Assembly: GCA_010093815.1 (NCBI GenBank)
Contig: ML996582.1
From: Pseudovirgaria hyperparasitica
Lineage: Eukaryota
DNA: 64,000 bases
Reading direction: 5' to 3' (one strand)
Part shown: positions 13,101 to 27,098 of the stretch, piece by piece
Layout: each line of letters begins with the position of its first letter
Position numbering within the stretch: the first letter of the stretch is position 1
Translations under genes and position numbers: made by a program
Notes under the pieces: generated by a model
Seen by the model: only the letters and a program-made list of their open reading frames with translations
Told to the model about the DNA's origin: nothing
Databases searched by the model: none

Positions 13101-14034
13101 ATACCGCTTACTTACTAATCCGGAGAAATATAGTTTTAGCTAGACCGAAGTTAACTTCTATAGACACTACGTCTTATAAGGATAACTTCGCCTAATAAAG
13201 AATAAGATTAAGGTAATTCGCGAATAGCTAGAGTCTATAAACGTTAGCGAAGTCTAATAGTTCCTCGGCCTAGCGAATTATTATCAGAGGTATATCCGGG
13301 GATTTATAAGTATCGCCGCACCTCTAATAGACCTCCTTAAGGAAGTAGACCCTCTTATCCGTAAATAGAAATATAGGCCTATTTAATAGACGCTGTTAAC
13401 GGCGTTTACCTTCAAGACCCTAAAGAATACCCTGTGTTCCGAACCGGTTCTAGCTTAACCTAATAAGACTAAGCCCTTCTATATTAAAATAGATATAAGT
13501 AACTATACGATCGGTATAGTAATCTACTAGGAGAATCCTAGTAAGTAGTATTAGCTAATCGCGTTTAACGGACGAAAGCTTAATAGCGCCGAGCTTAACT
13601 ATCCGGTTTACGAAAAAGAACTCCTTACTATTAAACACGCCCTACGCACTTAGGGATACCTACTAGGAACGAAGAAGACGACGATCCTAACCGATTACTA
13701 TAGCCTATAGTTCCTTAAGTCTATAAAGGAATAAGAAGGCCGTATAGATAGATAGATTGATAAGTTCGGAAGCTTTAATCTCGATATAAAATATCGCCTA
13801 GGATCTAAGGCGGTAGTACCTAACGCCATTAGTAGAAGGCTAGACTTCTAAGGCGAGATCTCCGCGATACCGTTAAGTAAAGTTAATAAACACGTTCTTA
13901 TAGTCTAAATTATTAAGTTCCTAAAAGGAGCCGACCCGATAGAGCATGTACTAAAAGTCTCTCCCGAAATCCTATCTCGACTACGCCTTAACGCCGAGAG
14001 TAAACTTCGATATAAGCTATAGGATTTTAATAAT
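10150..14034 (+). pseudogene. E1 gag-pol remnant (gag knuckle, protease, RT, RNase H); start approximate
   Basis: De-RIP CFNCKKLGHISRFC ~11579; VLIDCGA ~11965; FKVMPF; YLNN (=YLDD) 13018-13029; LNYPVYEKELL ~13594; many RIP stops. Confidence 0.9.
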
Positions 14035-17000
14035 TATAAGAATAGGGTAGTTGGATAGTAGTATAGCTAGATAGAACAATGGGGTGTATTCTATTATAGA
14101 ACGAATTACTACCAAACCCTTTCGGTAGGAATCCGAGAGTATATATATAAAGGGACGCCGATCTATCTAGCACGTAACTATTTACCGCCCTTCACGTTAC
14201 CTCCTAACCCTATTAGCTAAGGTACGTATAGGTCGGGTTCTACCTAAGGCTAAGTCCTAATAATTATTCCTTCTCTCTAGGAAGCTACCCTTAGTAACCT
14301 AGATTATTACCTATCTCTATACCCCTATCCTAAGTCTCGTAAGACCTTAGTTATTCTCTATACTTCGTCTTAGATACTTACCGATATTTACTAATCTAAG
14401 ATTTATATAAGTGTTTTCCTAATAAACTAGATTTTATCTATCTTAATTTCTTACATAGGTAAGATTACCTAATTAGGCCTAGCGTATCACGTGATGTGAT
14501 TAGGTAAGCCCGGGTACTACCTATATTAAAATCTTTTCTTAGAAATATTCCTTTCTTTAAAAAACTTCTTAACTCTTTATAGAGTTTTTTAGATTATTAG
14601 GTATATTACCCGATCCTTATAGACATAGATTTATATAGATTTACTATAATTTAGTGCGATTTATATAATTTACTAATTTTCGTGCTATCCTTAGCTAGTA
14701 ATAATATAATTCGTAATAATCCGTATAAATTAATAATAATTATAATATAGTTTCCCGAAATCTCAACGCTCTAAAGTAATTAGTACGGAAATAGACGCCT
14801 TCGAATAATCCCTGTCTCGCATATATTACCGACATATTAAAAGCTATCGATCTACCTCGACCTAGGCCGGGCTCTAATAATCTAGCTATATATTATTATA
14901 GTTATTACTTTCTATCATATATTACTTACGGCGGTACTAAATCTATAATATACGGTACTTATATAACTAAGAAGCGTTATTACTTATAGGTATTTAAGTA
15001 AGTTCGAAGAACTTTACGTAGATTTACTTATATTAGTATAGATTACTACTAGGCCTCTAGTAACCCCTACCAATAAGGAGCGTAGTACCACCAATCGCAA
15101 CACCTTAGAGAAGGCTTTCTACGAGCTATATACCTAAGGTAAGGGTTACGCCTAGGAGTACGATTCTAATAAGATCTATAAGGGTTTATCGGAATCTACT
15201 ATAGCTATTATTACCGCGATTACTAGGTAATATCGTTTTTCTTAAATCGTTATAGATTCTTACTAATATATATTAATCTCTATAATAGTGCTAAAATCTC
15301 TACTACTTCGGACTTCTTTCTATATACCGGCGATATTAAAATTCCTAGAAAAGGTTCTAGTAAAAAGGCTAAGGTTCCTTCCTCGCGCGTACTAAAGAGC
15401 CGTAAATTTAGGGAAGATAGCTCTAATCTAGAAGTTTCTATACTAAAGGTATATAGTTCTATACCGATCGTTGAATCTTTTCGCTGATTTATGTAATTCT
15501 TAGTATACTTACGCTGGTCTATCCCTCTCTATCCCGGGTCCCGCCGCTCTATAGGTTTCTATAGAGGAGTTTATAGCTATAAGGCGCGCTATATAGAATT
15601 TATAGCGTCGGAACGAAAGGCTAGAGACTTATATTATAAAGCTCTATACTATGCTAAATAAGAACCAGCGGAAGGAATTAGATGGAACCATCGCGGTAAT
15701 TAGTACTTCTACTCCTACTCCGACTTAATCGGTTTAGATCTATACTAATCGGTGCTAATATGTCTCTTTTATCTAGCGTTTTTAGTTTTTTTAGTTTTAA
15801 TTTTAAAGCGATCTTACTTCTTCTAGATAGATTAGTACGAGTTTATATAGATCTATATAGATCTTTATATTTTCTTTTAGCTTTCTTAATTTTATCTTTC
15901 TTTAATAATAACTTCTTTAATCTCTTTAGTAATCTATACTAATCTATACCAATCGGCACTAATTTTCGATGTCCATTTCTCTTAGTAAATTATTTTTCTA
16001 AGTCTCTTTTTTAGTTAAATTTTTAAAGTTCTAAGTTCGAACTTTCTAAGGAAGTTCCTTAATTCCTTAGAATGTTTTAAAGATCTATATCTCTTTCACC
16101 TTCTTCCTTTTAGGCGGCCATCCTTAGCGCCGAACTATACTAAAAAACGTCGAATCGCCATACTTTAGTATAATTCTCTACGATTCCGCGGCTTCCTTTA
16201 CTAATCACTACTTATATACTAATATCGCTACTTTACTAATGTTTATTATAGGTTCCTAAGTATCTTTATTAGGATTATATCCTTTCTAACGAATCTTATA
16301 TAGCTACGTGCCATCTTCGGCGCGTTACTAGCTAAGTATCTACTTAACTTCGTAGATATCCGCACCTCCTTACGTAACTACTTTATATAATGTCTATTCG
16401 GAACGATCCGGTAACGATAAGGCATAGAATGGCTCGAGAAGCGTAATATAGAATACATTATATATCTTTAACGTGGGAGGGAGTTTTAACTTATACGCCT
16501 AGTTATTAATTACACGAGTAACCTTAAATAGACCTATTATTATATAGTTAAGCTTCTTCTTCGGCCTAATACTACGAATATTCTTACTATTTAGTAAAAC
16601 TTTATCTCTAATATTAAAGATCATGGGCTTTCTACCCTTATTATAGTACGATTTACTATAATCTATAGTATCTTATAATAACTTTATAACGCTTCTTTAC
16701 GTTTAGAATAGTTCTATTATAATCTCCGTCGCCTTAACGTTAGGCTACTCTAATTTATACTAAGTTCCTATAAACTACGCTTTATGGTTTCGACCGAAGT
16801 TTACTTCGAACGGACTTACGTAGGTTAACGTATGTCGGCTGTTATTATACGCGAATTCCGCGACATAGACTAACCTTACCTAGTTATCTTACTTATAGTT
16901 ATAATATACGCGTAAATACGCCTTAATTATCTAATTCTACCGCTCTATCTATCTATCTATTTATAGGTAGAACGCGGTACTAAGTTTCCGCTTAATTCCT

Positions 17001-19312
17001 AGCGTATAGTAGAAATCCTTCTAAAACTTAGACGTTATCTACGGACCTCTATCCGAAACTATACTATTTAGTATACTATAGAGCCGAACTACGTCATGAA
17101 GTAGTATATCTATAAGATCCGGTACTTAGATCGTCTTCCTTATAGGGATGTAGTATAATATCTTCGTAAATCTATCTAGAACTATAAGTAAACTATTATA
17201 AATATACCTAAGATACTTACTTAGGGGTAGATCTATAATAAAATCCATCGATAATTCTTTCCATGCCTTATTTAGTATAGGCAATGGCCTTAATTCGCTA
17301 TATGGTAAGTATCTATATACTTTCGTATGCTAGTAAACGTTATACGTTTTTACGTAGTCCTTTATATACTTATAAAGACCTAGCTAGTCGTACGTCCTTC
17401 GGATTAAATCGACCGTCCTTATAACGCCGAAGTGTCCTACTAATGCGTAATCGTACTGTTCCCTTAAAACATTAATTTATAAGCTACCTTCCGGCACGTA
17501 GAGTCGGCCTTAGAAGTAGATCGCGTCCGATCGTCGTTCCCACCTTAATAACTATGGCGGTTCTATAGCGATTCCCTTTATGCTTATGACTTTCTTTACT
17601 AATATATTAGAATTCTAGGTAGATTTAATTAAGTCTTCGAGGATTTACTCTATTTCTTAGACGTTAGTTTAGATTACTTAATACCCGCTCTAATTCCCAC
17701 GGAGAGTCGCCGAAAGTGTCCTAGCTTCCGGCACTCTATTAGATAACTAGTCTTTTAGTATCTATAGTATAGTATAGTCTAAATTACACCGACTATCTAC
17801 GTTATTCTACGACGATTTCTCGTAATCTTCACGCCGTAATAGAGGATCTACTTTATTCTCTCTTCTAGCTTTATATAAGATTTTAAAGTTAAATATTAAT
17901 ATCTACTTAGCCTAACGTACTTATCGGCGATTAAGGACCTTAGTCGATATAAAGTAATATAGATTTACGTAATCCGATAATAATTTAATCTAATATATAG
18001 AGCCTTCTAAATAATGTCGCTATTACTTAAAACTCTTAATAATTATAAGTAGTTCCTAGTCATACGTGTTATAACGCGTCTCTATATCCACTATTTTACG
18101 GGAAAAGAAGGCGACCGGGTGCTATTATACCTTGTCTTTTACATCTTTATACGGTTAACTAATAATTCTAGTAATTACGAATCTAGATACGTCTATTTTA
18201 ACCCGAATATACTTCTCGGGATCGAAATATCTAAGGATTGGTATAGTTATAAAGTAATTCTTTAACGATTAGAACGTATCTCGCGCTTCCGGCGTTAACT
18301 ATATCTTAACTAACTCCGCTTTACGCTGTGCTCGCCCACCTATAGAGATTTTACCGCCATTTTTAGTGAGTTTATTAAGCGGCGCTGTAATTCGTAAGAA
18401 ACCTATAATAAATTTACGATAATAGTTTACGAAACCTATGAACGTCCTAATTTAACGTATAGTAGTAGGTTCTAGCCATTCTATAATGGTCTTAACATGC
18501 TCTGGCTCCATTTTAAGGCCGCCGTATATTATAATAAAGCCGAGAAACCTAACTTCTTATTAGTAAAACTTATATTTAGATAACTTTATATAGAGTTTAT
18601 ACTATCTTAAACGATTTAGCACCGATTTCACGTATTCTTCGTGATCCTATATACTATCGGAGTAAATTAGTATGTTATTAAGGTAAACTACGTAGATTAC
18701 ATTAAGTAATCCTATAAGTATAGTATTAATATATCCTTAGAACGCTCCTAGCGTATTTATTAGCCTAAACGGTATAATAGTATACTTAAAATAACTATAT
18801 CTAGTCCGAAATACGGTTTTCTATTTATCTCCGCGACGGATTCGAAGCCGGTAATATATATCTCGCAAATCTAGCTTTATAAAGTACTTTGCCTTCGTTA
18901 ATTAGTCTAAAGATTCACTAACTAATGGTAATGGGTGACGATTCTTCTTAGTTACTATATTTAGTGCTCGATAGTCGATATATAGACGTAAACTTCCGTC
19001 TTTCTTCTTTATAAAGAGAATAGGTATACTAGCTAATGACGTACTATAACGTATCTAGCCTCTTCCGAGATATTCTTTAATATATTTATAAAGAACTTCG
19101 AGTTCTAGTCTTGAAAGTAGATAAAGTAGACTATAAGGGACGTCTACTCCCTCTTCGAGCTCGATCTTTAGCTTATACAGTCTATGGTCGGGGAGAAGTA
19201 ACGCGTCTTCTACCGAAAATACATCCGTGTACTACGAATATACGTCGGGTAGCGTGTCTTTACCCCGATTGTTACTATCCTCTTCGTCTTCGTCGACGAT
19301 TAATAGAGATAT
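14035..19312 (-). mobile_element. E2: chromovirus (Gypsy with chromodomain), RIP-mutated, 5'-truncated, nested in E1 pol
   Basis: Putative 3' LTR 14035-14262 (TATAAG...CCTAATA) followed by reverse-complement PPT; on - strand RT (YLNN 18674-18685), RNase H, integrase, chromodomain (YEVK.IL...YKIRWKGY....DTWEP ~16230-16360); gag, protease and 5' LTR absent. Confidence 0.88.
14747..15728 (+). pseudogene. E2 antisense accessory gene, 4 exons, ~270 aa, Cys6 zinc-cluster-like motif plus C-terminal coiled coil (RIP-mutated)
   Basis: Exons 14747-14989, 15042-15226, 15289-15448, 15504-15728 join in one frame via GT-AG introns; de-RIP PCLAC...CGTCITKKRxCLQ|I; start ATA read as RIP-mutated ATG. Confidence 0.7.
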
Positions 19313-19550
19313 TATAATAAGTAAAGACGTAGAATAGTAGTCTAATAGTTCATAGAGAGACATAGAAATGTATTTATAGAGTAGTCTTACTCTTATACGA
19401 GGTTGATTCCTAACGAGTAGGAATCGGTTTATACGGTCCACTTATATAGTAACCTCGCTTAACCTAGCTAACTTATTCTAGCTCTAGCCGCTACGTGGCT
19501 ACATGGATTAGAATAGTCTATATAGGTCCGTTAGGGTTCCCGTCCTAATA
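19313..19550 (-). repeat. E3 3' LTR (238 bp)
   Basis: Direct repeat of 27099-27336 differing by transitions. Confidence 0.95.
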
Positions 19551-20029
19551 ATATTCTTCTTCTTTTTATACTTCGCCCCGAAGCACTTAAGTATATATAA
19601 TCCTAAGTCTCTATAATCTACTATATATCTATATATCCGTAACTAAGTTTCTATAACGTTATAACTATTCTTAATATAGGTAAACTCGAGATTCTAGTTT
19701 ACTTTTACTAGTTTATACACGCGCTTATCCCTTACTTTATAGCTACTACCTAGGACACGTAATTACTACTTTAGTTAAGTATATATTTAGCTTCGCTCGC
19801 CTTTGATTTTATTCTCTAGTATATCCACCTCGCTCTTAAGGTAAGTCGTTAATTCATATACTATCTTCTCTAGTTTAGGTTTAGAAGGGTCTATTATGGT
19901 CTATTCTTATTAGAACCGGTCCTATATAACCTATTCGCGTTATTACGGTTACTAATTTAGCTTCGTTAATTACCGTTAAGGGTAGACGAATATTCCTTCC
20001 TTAGATCTCTAGCTAATATATATATATAG

Positions 20030-21345
20030 ATGTCTAATACTAGTCCTATCTCTAAGCCTGCCTCCTCCTCTCGTAAGACTCGCTCTAAAGGTATTACCTC
20101 CTCCCCGGCCACGCTAGCTAAGAAGCCTACCTATTAAGATAGTATAAAGGCGCGCTCTAAGTCGGAGAAGAGGGTAGCTAGGGCTACTACTACTACTTCT
20201 ACCTCTACTACTAATATAGCTACTAGTCGCTCTAATCTAGGTAATCCTAGTACTGAATTTATGGATAAAGCGGTCGTAAGTTCTCCCCTTACTCTAACGC
20301 GTACGCCGCCTACTCTACCTCCTCTAGAGGATAAAGAAGATCTTATTATAGATGATAATCGCGAGCCCTCGCGCTTACCTACGCCGCCGCCTCACCGCTC
20401 TCCCTTCCAGTCTAACATAGACCAATTTAGTTACTCTAGGTCCTTTTAGGACCTTAATATTCGCTCTAAACCCTAGCCTACTAATAATAAGACCTAGGTC
20501 GCTAAGGATACTAAACGTAGTCGCGGTTTACGCCATAGGAAAACAGCGAACTACAGTTTAATATACTATAAGTATATTAAGGGCTATACGGCCGGCTCTA
20601 AATATCTCTTTCGCTCTAACTCTAGTATTAGCTACTACTCTACTAACCGCGACGGGCCTATACACCCTATCTTTACTCTACCTACCCGCTACCGCCACTA
20701 TACCATAACTAGTAAGACTTATCTATAGGTAAGTATAATAGGCTATCTTAGTCTAGTATAATCTAAAGTTATCCACGCTAATACATTCTTAGATTCCTAT
20801 ATATATATAAGATATATATAACGACCTTCGCGTCCGCGAGACCCTCGGGGGTCCTTATAGCTATCTATCTACTATATAGAGGGAGTTTAGAGAGCGCTAT
20901 AAGCTCTTCCTAGAGGTTATTAAAGTATAAGTTATAAACACGTTAATTATTTTTAACACCTATTAATATTTCTAGCCGCCGCGAGATCCCTAGCGCCTAG
21001 GCTACCTATTCTAGAGAGTCTATCCTAGCTATAGAGACCGTAGAGAGGATTCGCTCTATCCCCTCTTATCCGTCTCACGCTACTAACAGATCTTATAAGA
21101 GGTCTACTATTTCTCCCTCTAAGTCGCCTCATAAGAGGGTATATATTCCCTTCTAGATTATTCTAGATCATATTAGCTAACTTTAGACCTAGTCGCTGCG
21201 CTCCGGCGCTTAAGGCTCTTCCCTCTAGGCTCTAACGGATTAGATTATTACTCTAGAGGCTAAGGTCATTACCCTCCACCACTATATCGTGCAGTTAGAG
21301 AGAACTATACTAGAGGTTATAACGGATAATAAGATAGAGGAGTAG
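20030..21345 (+). pseudogene. E3 antisense accessory gene, 4 coding exons, ~384 aa, S/P/K-rich N-terminus, Cys6 motif, C-terminal coiled coil (RIP-mutated)
   Basis: Intact ATG at 20030 directly after a 5'UTR intron 19841-20029 (GTAAGT..GCTAAT..TAG); introns 20729-20792, 20927-20975, 21139-21186 keep one frame; de-RIP CxKC...C...CRHCTMTGKTCLQ|IP. Confidence 0.75.
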
Positions 21346-21899
21346 CTCTATGGTTCTAGCTCTATATATTAGCTCTATATATTCTAGATCTACTATAGAT
21401 AGTGCGCGCCGGCTCTATTTACCTAGCTTTTATCCATTTTAGTCCTTTTTTAGACCATTTAGATACCCGTCGACTAGTTTCTAGTAATTTAATTCTTAAC
21501 TTAACAATATTATATATACGCTCGCTTAGCTTATAACTATCGGTTTCTACATTCTAATTTTCCTTAAGTTACCTAAGTATAGGCACCATATATTAATTAG
21601 TTTATCTCTATAAATTCTATTAGAGTACCCGAACTAGTAGCCTAGTAGTTATTAGTTCGGGTACTCTAACCTTTTATATTTTATATTAAGAGTTTAATTC
21701 TATAGTAGGGTACCTTTTTTAGGTTCTTAGTCCTATATTTTTCTCGTGTATAATAGTCCATATTAGTCTATTCTAGACTCTTCTATTATAGTATATCGCG
21801 TCGCGTTCCTAAAATAGTTACTTACGCTTTCTTCGCGTCTAGTAACCGTATAATACTTAAATTATAGGGCTACCTTATAGAGTTTTCCTAGTACGCGTC

Positions 21900-24800
21900 T
21901 AGATTTCCTAATTAAGTACTTCGTTCTCTACGGCATCCTTCTTCTTTTTATAACGACCGCGACGTCGCTATATTTACATTAATAATACGCTATTCTATAT
22001 CTTTTACTTATACACAGCCATTATAGAACTTAAGATATATACCGCTAGTTCCTAGGTATCCTCGTCCTTAGTGTAGTCCTTCTAATAGATTCTATATTTC
22101 TAAACACCGTCTTTATCAATTCTATATTCGATAATATAGTCCACTTCAAACACGTCTAGTCTATCTTAGGGTATAATAGAGTGTAACTATACGTTCGTGC
22201 GGTTATACACGTTAGATCAAAATCTTTCGAGTAGTAAGACGTGAAACACATTATAGATTCTTATATCGCTTCCTAAGTCGAGCTCGTAGACTCTTATACC
22301 GATATAACGTTTAATTCGGAAGGGACTAGCCATTTTATAATCGAGCTTCTTATTTACTCGCGATATTCATATATTACGGACGTTAAGAAGGACCTCGTCG
22401 CCCTCCTCATACGTCTAATCCTTAGCTAACCTATTATAGTACTTCATATACAAGTCGTTTACTTATTAGATTATAGCGCAATAGTTACGTACGGTTTTAA
22501 AGATTTTAATCACTAATTCCTAAGCGTAGACGTTCACGTCTATTATTCGATTAAATTAGACCGTATAAGGCTTAAAACCTATCCTTAGACTACGTCCGAG
22601 GTTCGCCTAGAAAGGTATAATACTAGTCATACTATAACGACTATTATTATATACGAACTCTACTATACTTAGTAGGGAGGCCTAGTCATCCTACTCAAAA
22701 TTATAGAATACGCGTAGGTAGGCTTCGAGCATCTAGTTCTATCGCTCTATCTAGCTACCCATCTAAGAATAAAATACTATAGACATATTCCTATTTATAC
22801 TTACTATTTCGTAGAATAACGTCTAGAATTTAGACGTAAAGGTACTTCCTCAGTCCATAACGATCCTTTTTAGTATACCATAGACCTTAATAATCTCGTT
22901 CTAGAACACCTACGCTAGTTCTTTAGATGTAATCATCTTCCATACCGGGATATACCTAGATATCTTTATAAGTCTATCCACAATAATAAGAATAGAATTA
23001 TAACTTATTCTAAGTATCTCGCTTAGAGATAAGTTAACTATAAAATCCATAGTAACGTCTTCCTATATAAAGAGAGGGACTAAAAGAGGCTATAAATTCC
23101 TATATAGCTTATGCCTAGGGGCCTTCATTCTTTAACAAATCGGATAAGTAGCTATCTATTCTTCGACGTACTTAGGTATATCTTCCTAAAAATAGTACTA
23201 ACGAATTAAGCTTAGGGTACATATATACCTAAAGTATCCTACTAGGTTAGCGTTATAGTATTAGCTAACTATATTAAATCACGCGTTACCCATCAGCATA
23301 TAGTACTTTCTATTATAGTAAAGTAAGCCGTCCATGAAGGTCTACTTATAGTCTACTTTAGTCCATAATAATCTATCTTACTATATTTTACATAACTTTA
23401 AAACTATCGGGTCTATCTTCTATAGATCCACGATTAACTAGACAAGGTTAATTAGATATTCACGCCGGGTATTATCGCCCTTCCCAATAGCGCTAATAAA
23501 CGGCCTACTAGGGACTTCGGTACCGCGTCTTTAGTTACCGGCTTCGGTCTTAGAGATTCGATTACCGGCATCAACGTTAGTATCTCACTAATCACCTAAT
23601 AACTTAAAATCTAACCTCATCCTCAAGAGTTAGGCCTATAGCTACTCTAGAACCCTATAGCTACTATAATCCTAGGCGCCTTCTTTATAGTTAGGTCTTC
23701 TTAATATTCTATTAGCTAGGTTTATACTTCTAGATCAATAGTAGATTATAAAGTAAAAGTTCGTAAGCTACTTAGCCCATTAAACCTATTAACGGTTTAA
23801 AACCATCATGCTTATAAACCCCTTTAAGTTATAGTAATTAGTTAGTAACTCAACGTTATACATGGCACCTTTAAGATAATATCACCACTATTTAAACGAC
23901 TCTACTATTACTAGTAGCTCTTAGTTATAGATAGTATATCTAGTCTTAATATCGACTATTTTACGCGAGAAGAATGTAACTAGATACCATTAGACCTTTT
24001 TAGACTTAGTTAGTCTAGACTAGAAGAGAATACCTAAGATTATAAATCCTAACGCGTTAGTTTTAACGTAGATAGATTTAGTTAGGTCGAAGTATACTAG
24101 TAATAGGGTAGTAGTAAATACCTCTTTGATTTTCTTAAAGAAGGCCCTTTCGCCTTCCGATAATTCTATAGACTATAATTTAATATTATACTATTTCTAT
24201 CTACCGCGGACCGTAATAGACAAATCTATAGTAGTAGTACACGCGTTAAGCGGTACTACTAGCCGGGAGAAGTACTTAACAAATTTTCAGTAGTAATTAG
24301 CGAATCCAATAAAGACACGTATATCTCGAACCAATTTTAGTTTAGGCTAGTCCACAATAGTAGCAACCCTATCCCTTTCTATAGTTATACCTTAATTAGT
24401 AATAACAAAGCCAAGGAAGTTAACGTAGTCCTAGTGGAACTCATATTTAGATAGCTTAATATATAGCTTATATTTTTCTAGCCTATCTAGGACTACGCGT
24501 ACGTGCTAGATATATTCTTCTTCATTATTAGAGAAGATAAGAATATCATTAAGGTATACGATACACGTCATATCAAGTAGGCCTACTAGCGCGTTATTAA
24601 TATACGCTTAGAAGGTCCCTAGCGCGTTAGTTAGTCTAAAAGAGACCACTATATACTCAAAGTATCCATAACGGGTCCTAAACGCCGTTTTCCACTCATC
24701 GCCCTTCTTAATATATAGGCGGTAGTAGACGTCACATAGATCGAGCTTAGTAAAGATCTTCGCGCGCCCTAGTCTATTAATAGACTCAGAGATAAGAGGT

Positions 24801-27076
24801 AGTAGATAACAATTCTTTCATATAATATTATTTAGGCTACAGTAGTCAATACATAGACAGAGACTCCTATCCTTCTTCTTTATAAAGAGGATTAGAGCTC
24901 CGGCTAGGGATATACTAGACCTAATCTATCCTCGCGTAAGGTTCTTTTCGATATATTCTCAGAGGACCTATAGCTTAGGTTCTAATAGAGGGTAGATAGG
25001 TCCGTATAGGGGTTATTAACTATCCTCAAGGTTAATAGTAAGATCAGTAGATTAGTATTAAGGTAATTCGGACGAGTCAATCGCTAACGCGATATATTAG
25101 TATATTTTATACTAATATAGTAGGTTTTCGTCCACTTTAATACTAAGTTCTCTATTTTAAGTAAGTAAGAGAACGTAGATAGTAGAGATTACCTTTTCAT
25201 AGTCCTTCTAGAATTATTCGTCGTCAACTAGCTATACTAGGTTCTATTATAGTAGGTGCATACGCTAGCCAGCTATTTTCTAGATGAAGTCTAGTTTCGG
25301 GTTATATTTTTCAAGCTACGGTATACTAAGAATCATATCAAAGGGGCTATCTACCACGATAAAGGTTAAGTAGTAGAGTTTCTACTTCCCCCCACTATCC
25401 TAGATACCATATTTAATAGTATAGATACCCTACGATTTAATAGGACCATCAATACTATAGAAGGTAGTATCTATTAGTACTTAAATATCAACATTAAGTT
25501 CTCGTGCTCATTAAGTCGATATAACGTTAGTAGCTAAACTACTATCAAGTATTACAGTCTAATGTTATCCACAGGGGACCTTAATAGGCCTAGCCTATAG
25601 TTTAATATACTAGTTAGCTAGTTATCCCTCTATTTTAGTTACGCCTATAAGTCGCGAGGGTTTCTTATAGGTAGTTAGTTTTTTATATTATATACCGGGT
25701 AGTTAGGCGCGATATATCCTAGCTACTAGCACTTATAGTATATAACTAACTTAGTATCTATATTAGTATTCAGTAGTTTCCTAGAGCGGTACTCGGGTAC
25801 TATATAGCCTATCCTACCATAAGTATAGTAGGTAACTTTAGGTTATTTATACGAGTCGTTTCTCGCGTCTCGATATATTAACCGGTAGGAAGATCTACGG
25901 TACGGGCCTCGTCCTCTTAAGTTCATAGAGTAGTAGTACCCACAAGATATTCCGCGCGATCTATTACTAAACCAGTCCTCTTTAGACGATTTCGTATTAG
26001 ATTAGATTAGTAGGGATAGTCGTGCACCTATACGGCGTTAGTTATTTATTATACGCTAGTATCGTTCTATAAGATTCACGAGTACCTAAAGGTCAGTAGA
26101 GATAGACGTTATAAGATTAATACGTTCTTTTACACTCGGATTAAGGGACCTTTTAAAGTTATCATATTATCAAACCATACAATCTTCCTTAGCTTCTCTC
26201 TAGAGAGGTCGGAGGTATTCAAGGAGTTATAACGGGGATTATCTTTCTCGCTATTAAGTCTTAAAGATATAGCTCTAAGCCTATTCGCGTCGCTCGGCTC
26301 TATCACTAAAGCATTAAAGAAGGAATTCGGTGAACATATCCTAGTTATACACATCCTTAGGGTATTTAATCCAATATACTATCTAACGTTTAGATAGCGT
26401 TAGATCTAGGTAGTTCTATACGAACCTAATCTTATTACTATCGTTCGTAAATAGATAGAAGAATTAGCTATACTAGTAAGCCTATTTATAAAAGCTCTTC
26501 CTAGTTTTACCATCGAAGTAAGGTAGTTTCTTAGGCTAAGGTAACTAGGATAGTAATAGACTTAGTTAGACTATTTCGGCTTAAGTTAGTCTATATTAGT
26601 ATAGGTTAGTTACTACTAGTACTAAAGCGCGTAGTACGGCTTCGAGTCTAGCGGTTTATCCTTATACTTCGTCGAGTTCACGAAGTTACTATTTAAGCTA
26701 AGCCTAACGCTATCTCTCCGCGTGTAGCCTAGTATATATATTATCGTGAGGCGTAGTTAACGTTAGTCGGTTCTAATAAATTAGTTTATTAACGTTAATA
26801 GGGTCTGGTCTTATAGTAAGGATAGGTCTAGTATAGTATAAACTAGACCGCGATAGAGTATAATAGACTCCTTCCTTATTATCTAGGTAGTCTTCCACGG
26901 TTACATGGAATACCGTACTAGTTATTAGTATAATAGCTTATAGGGTATACTTATTAGTAGAGGTGGTCGTAGGGAGACTATTCTCCTCGTTTAGATTTAG
27001 GGAGAGTCTCTCGTAGGAGGTCGTGCCACGGGTATTATAGCGTGTAGTAGGAGCTATCTCTATAAGCTACCGTCAT
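21900..27076 (-). pseudogene. E3 gag-pol remnant; 3' end approximate
   Basis: Probable gag ATG 27076; slippery A AAA AAC 25678-25684 just before the gag stop; pol domains in the -1 frame. Confidence 0.88.
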
Positions 27077-27098
27077 ACTATATAGGGAGGAATTAAAA

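Noticed and set aside
15760..15942. Hydrophobic 60-aa ORF resembling an env or membrane peptide
   Set aside because: Reverse complement of a purine-rich stretch downstream of the E2 chromodomain; the hydrophobicity is an AT/RIP artefact.
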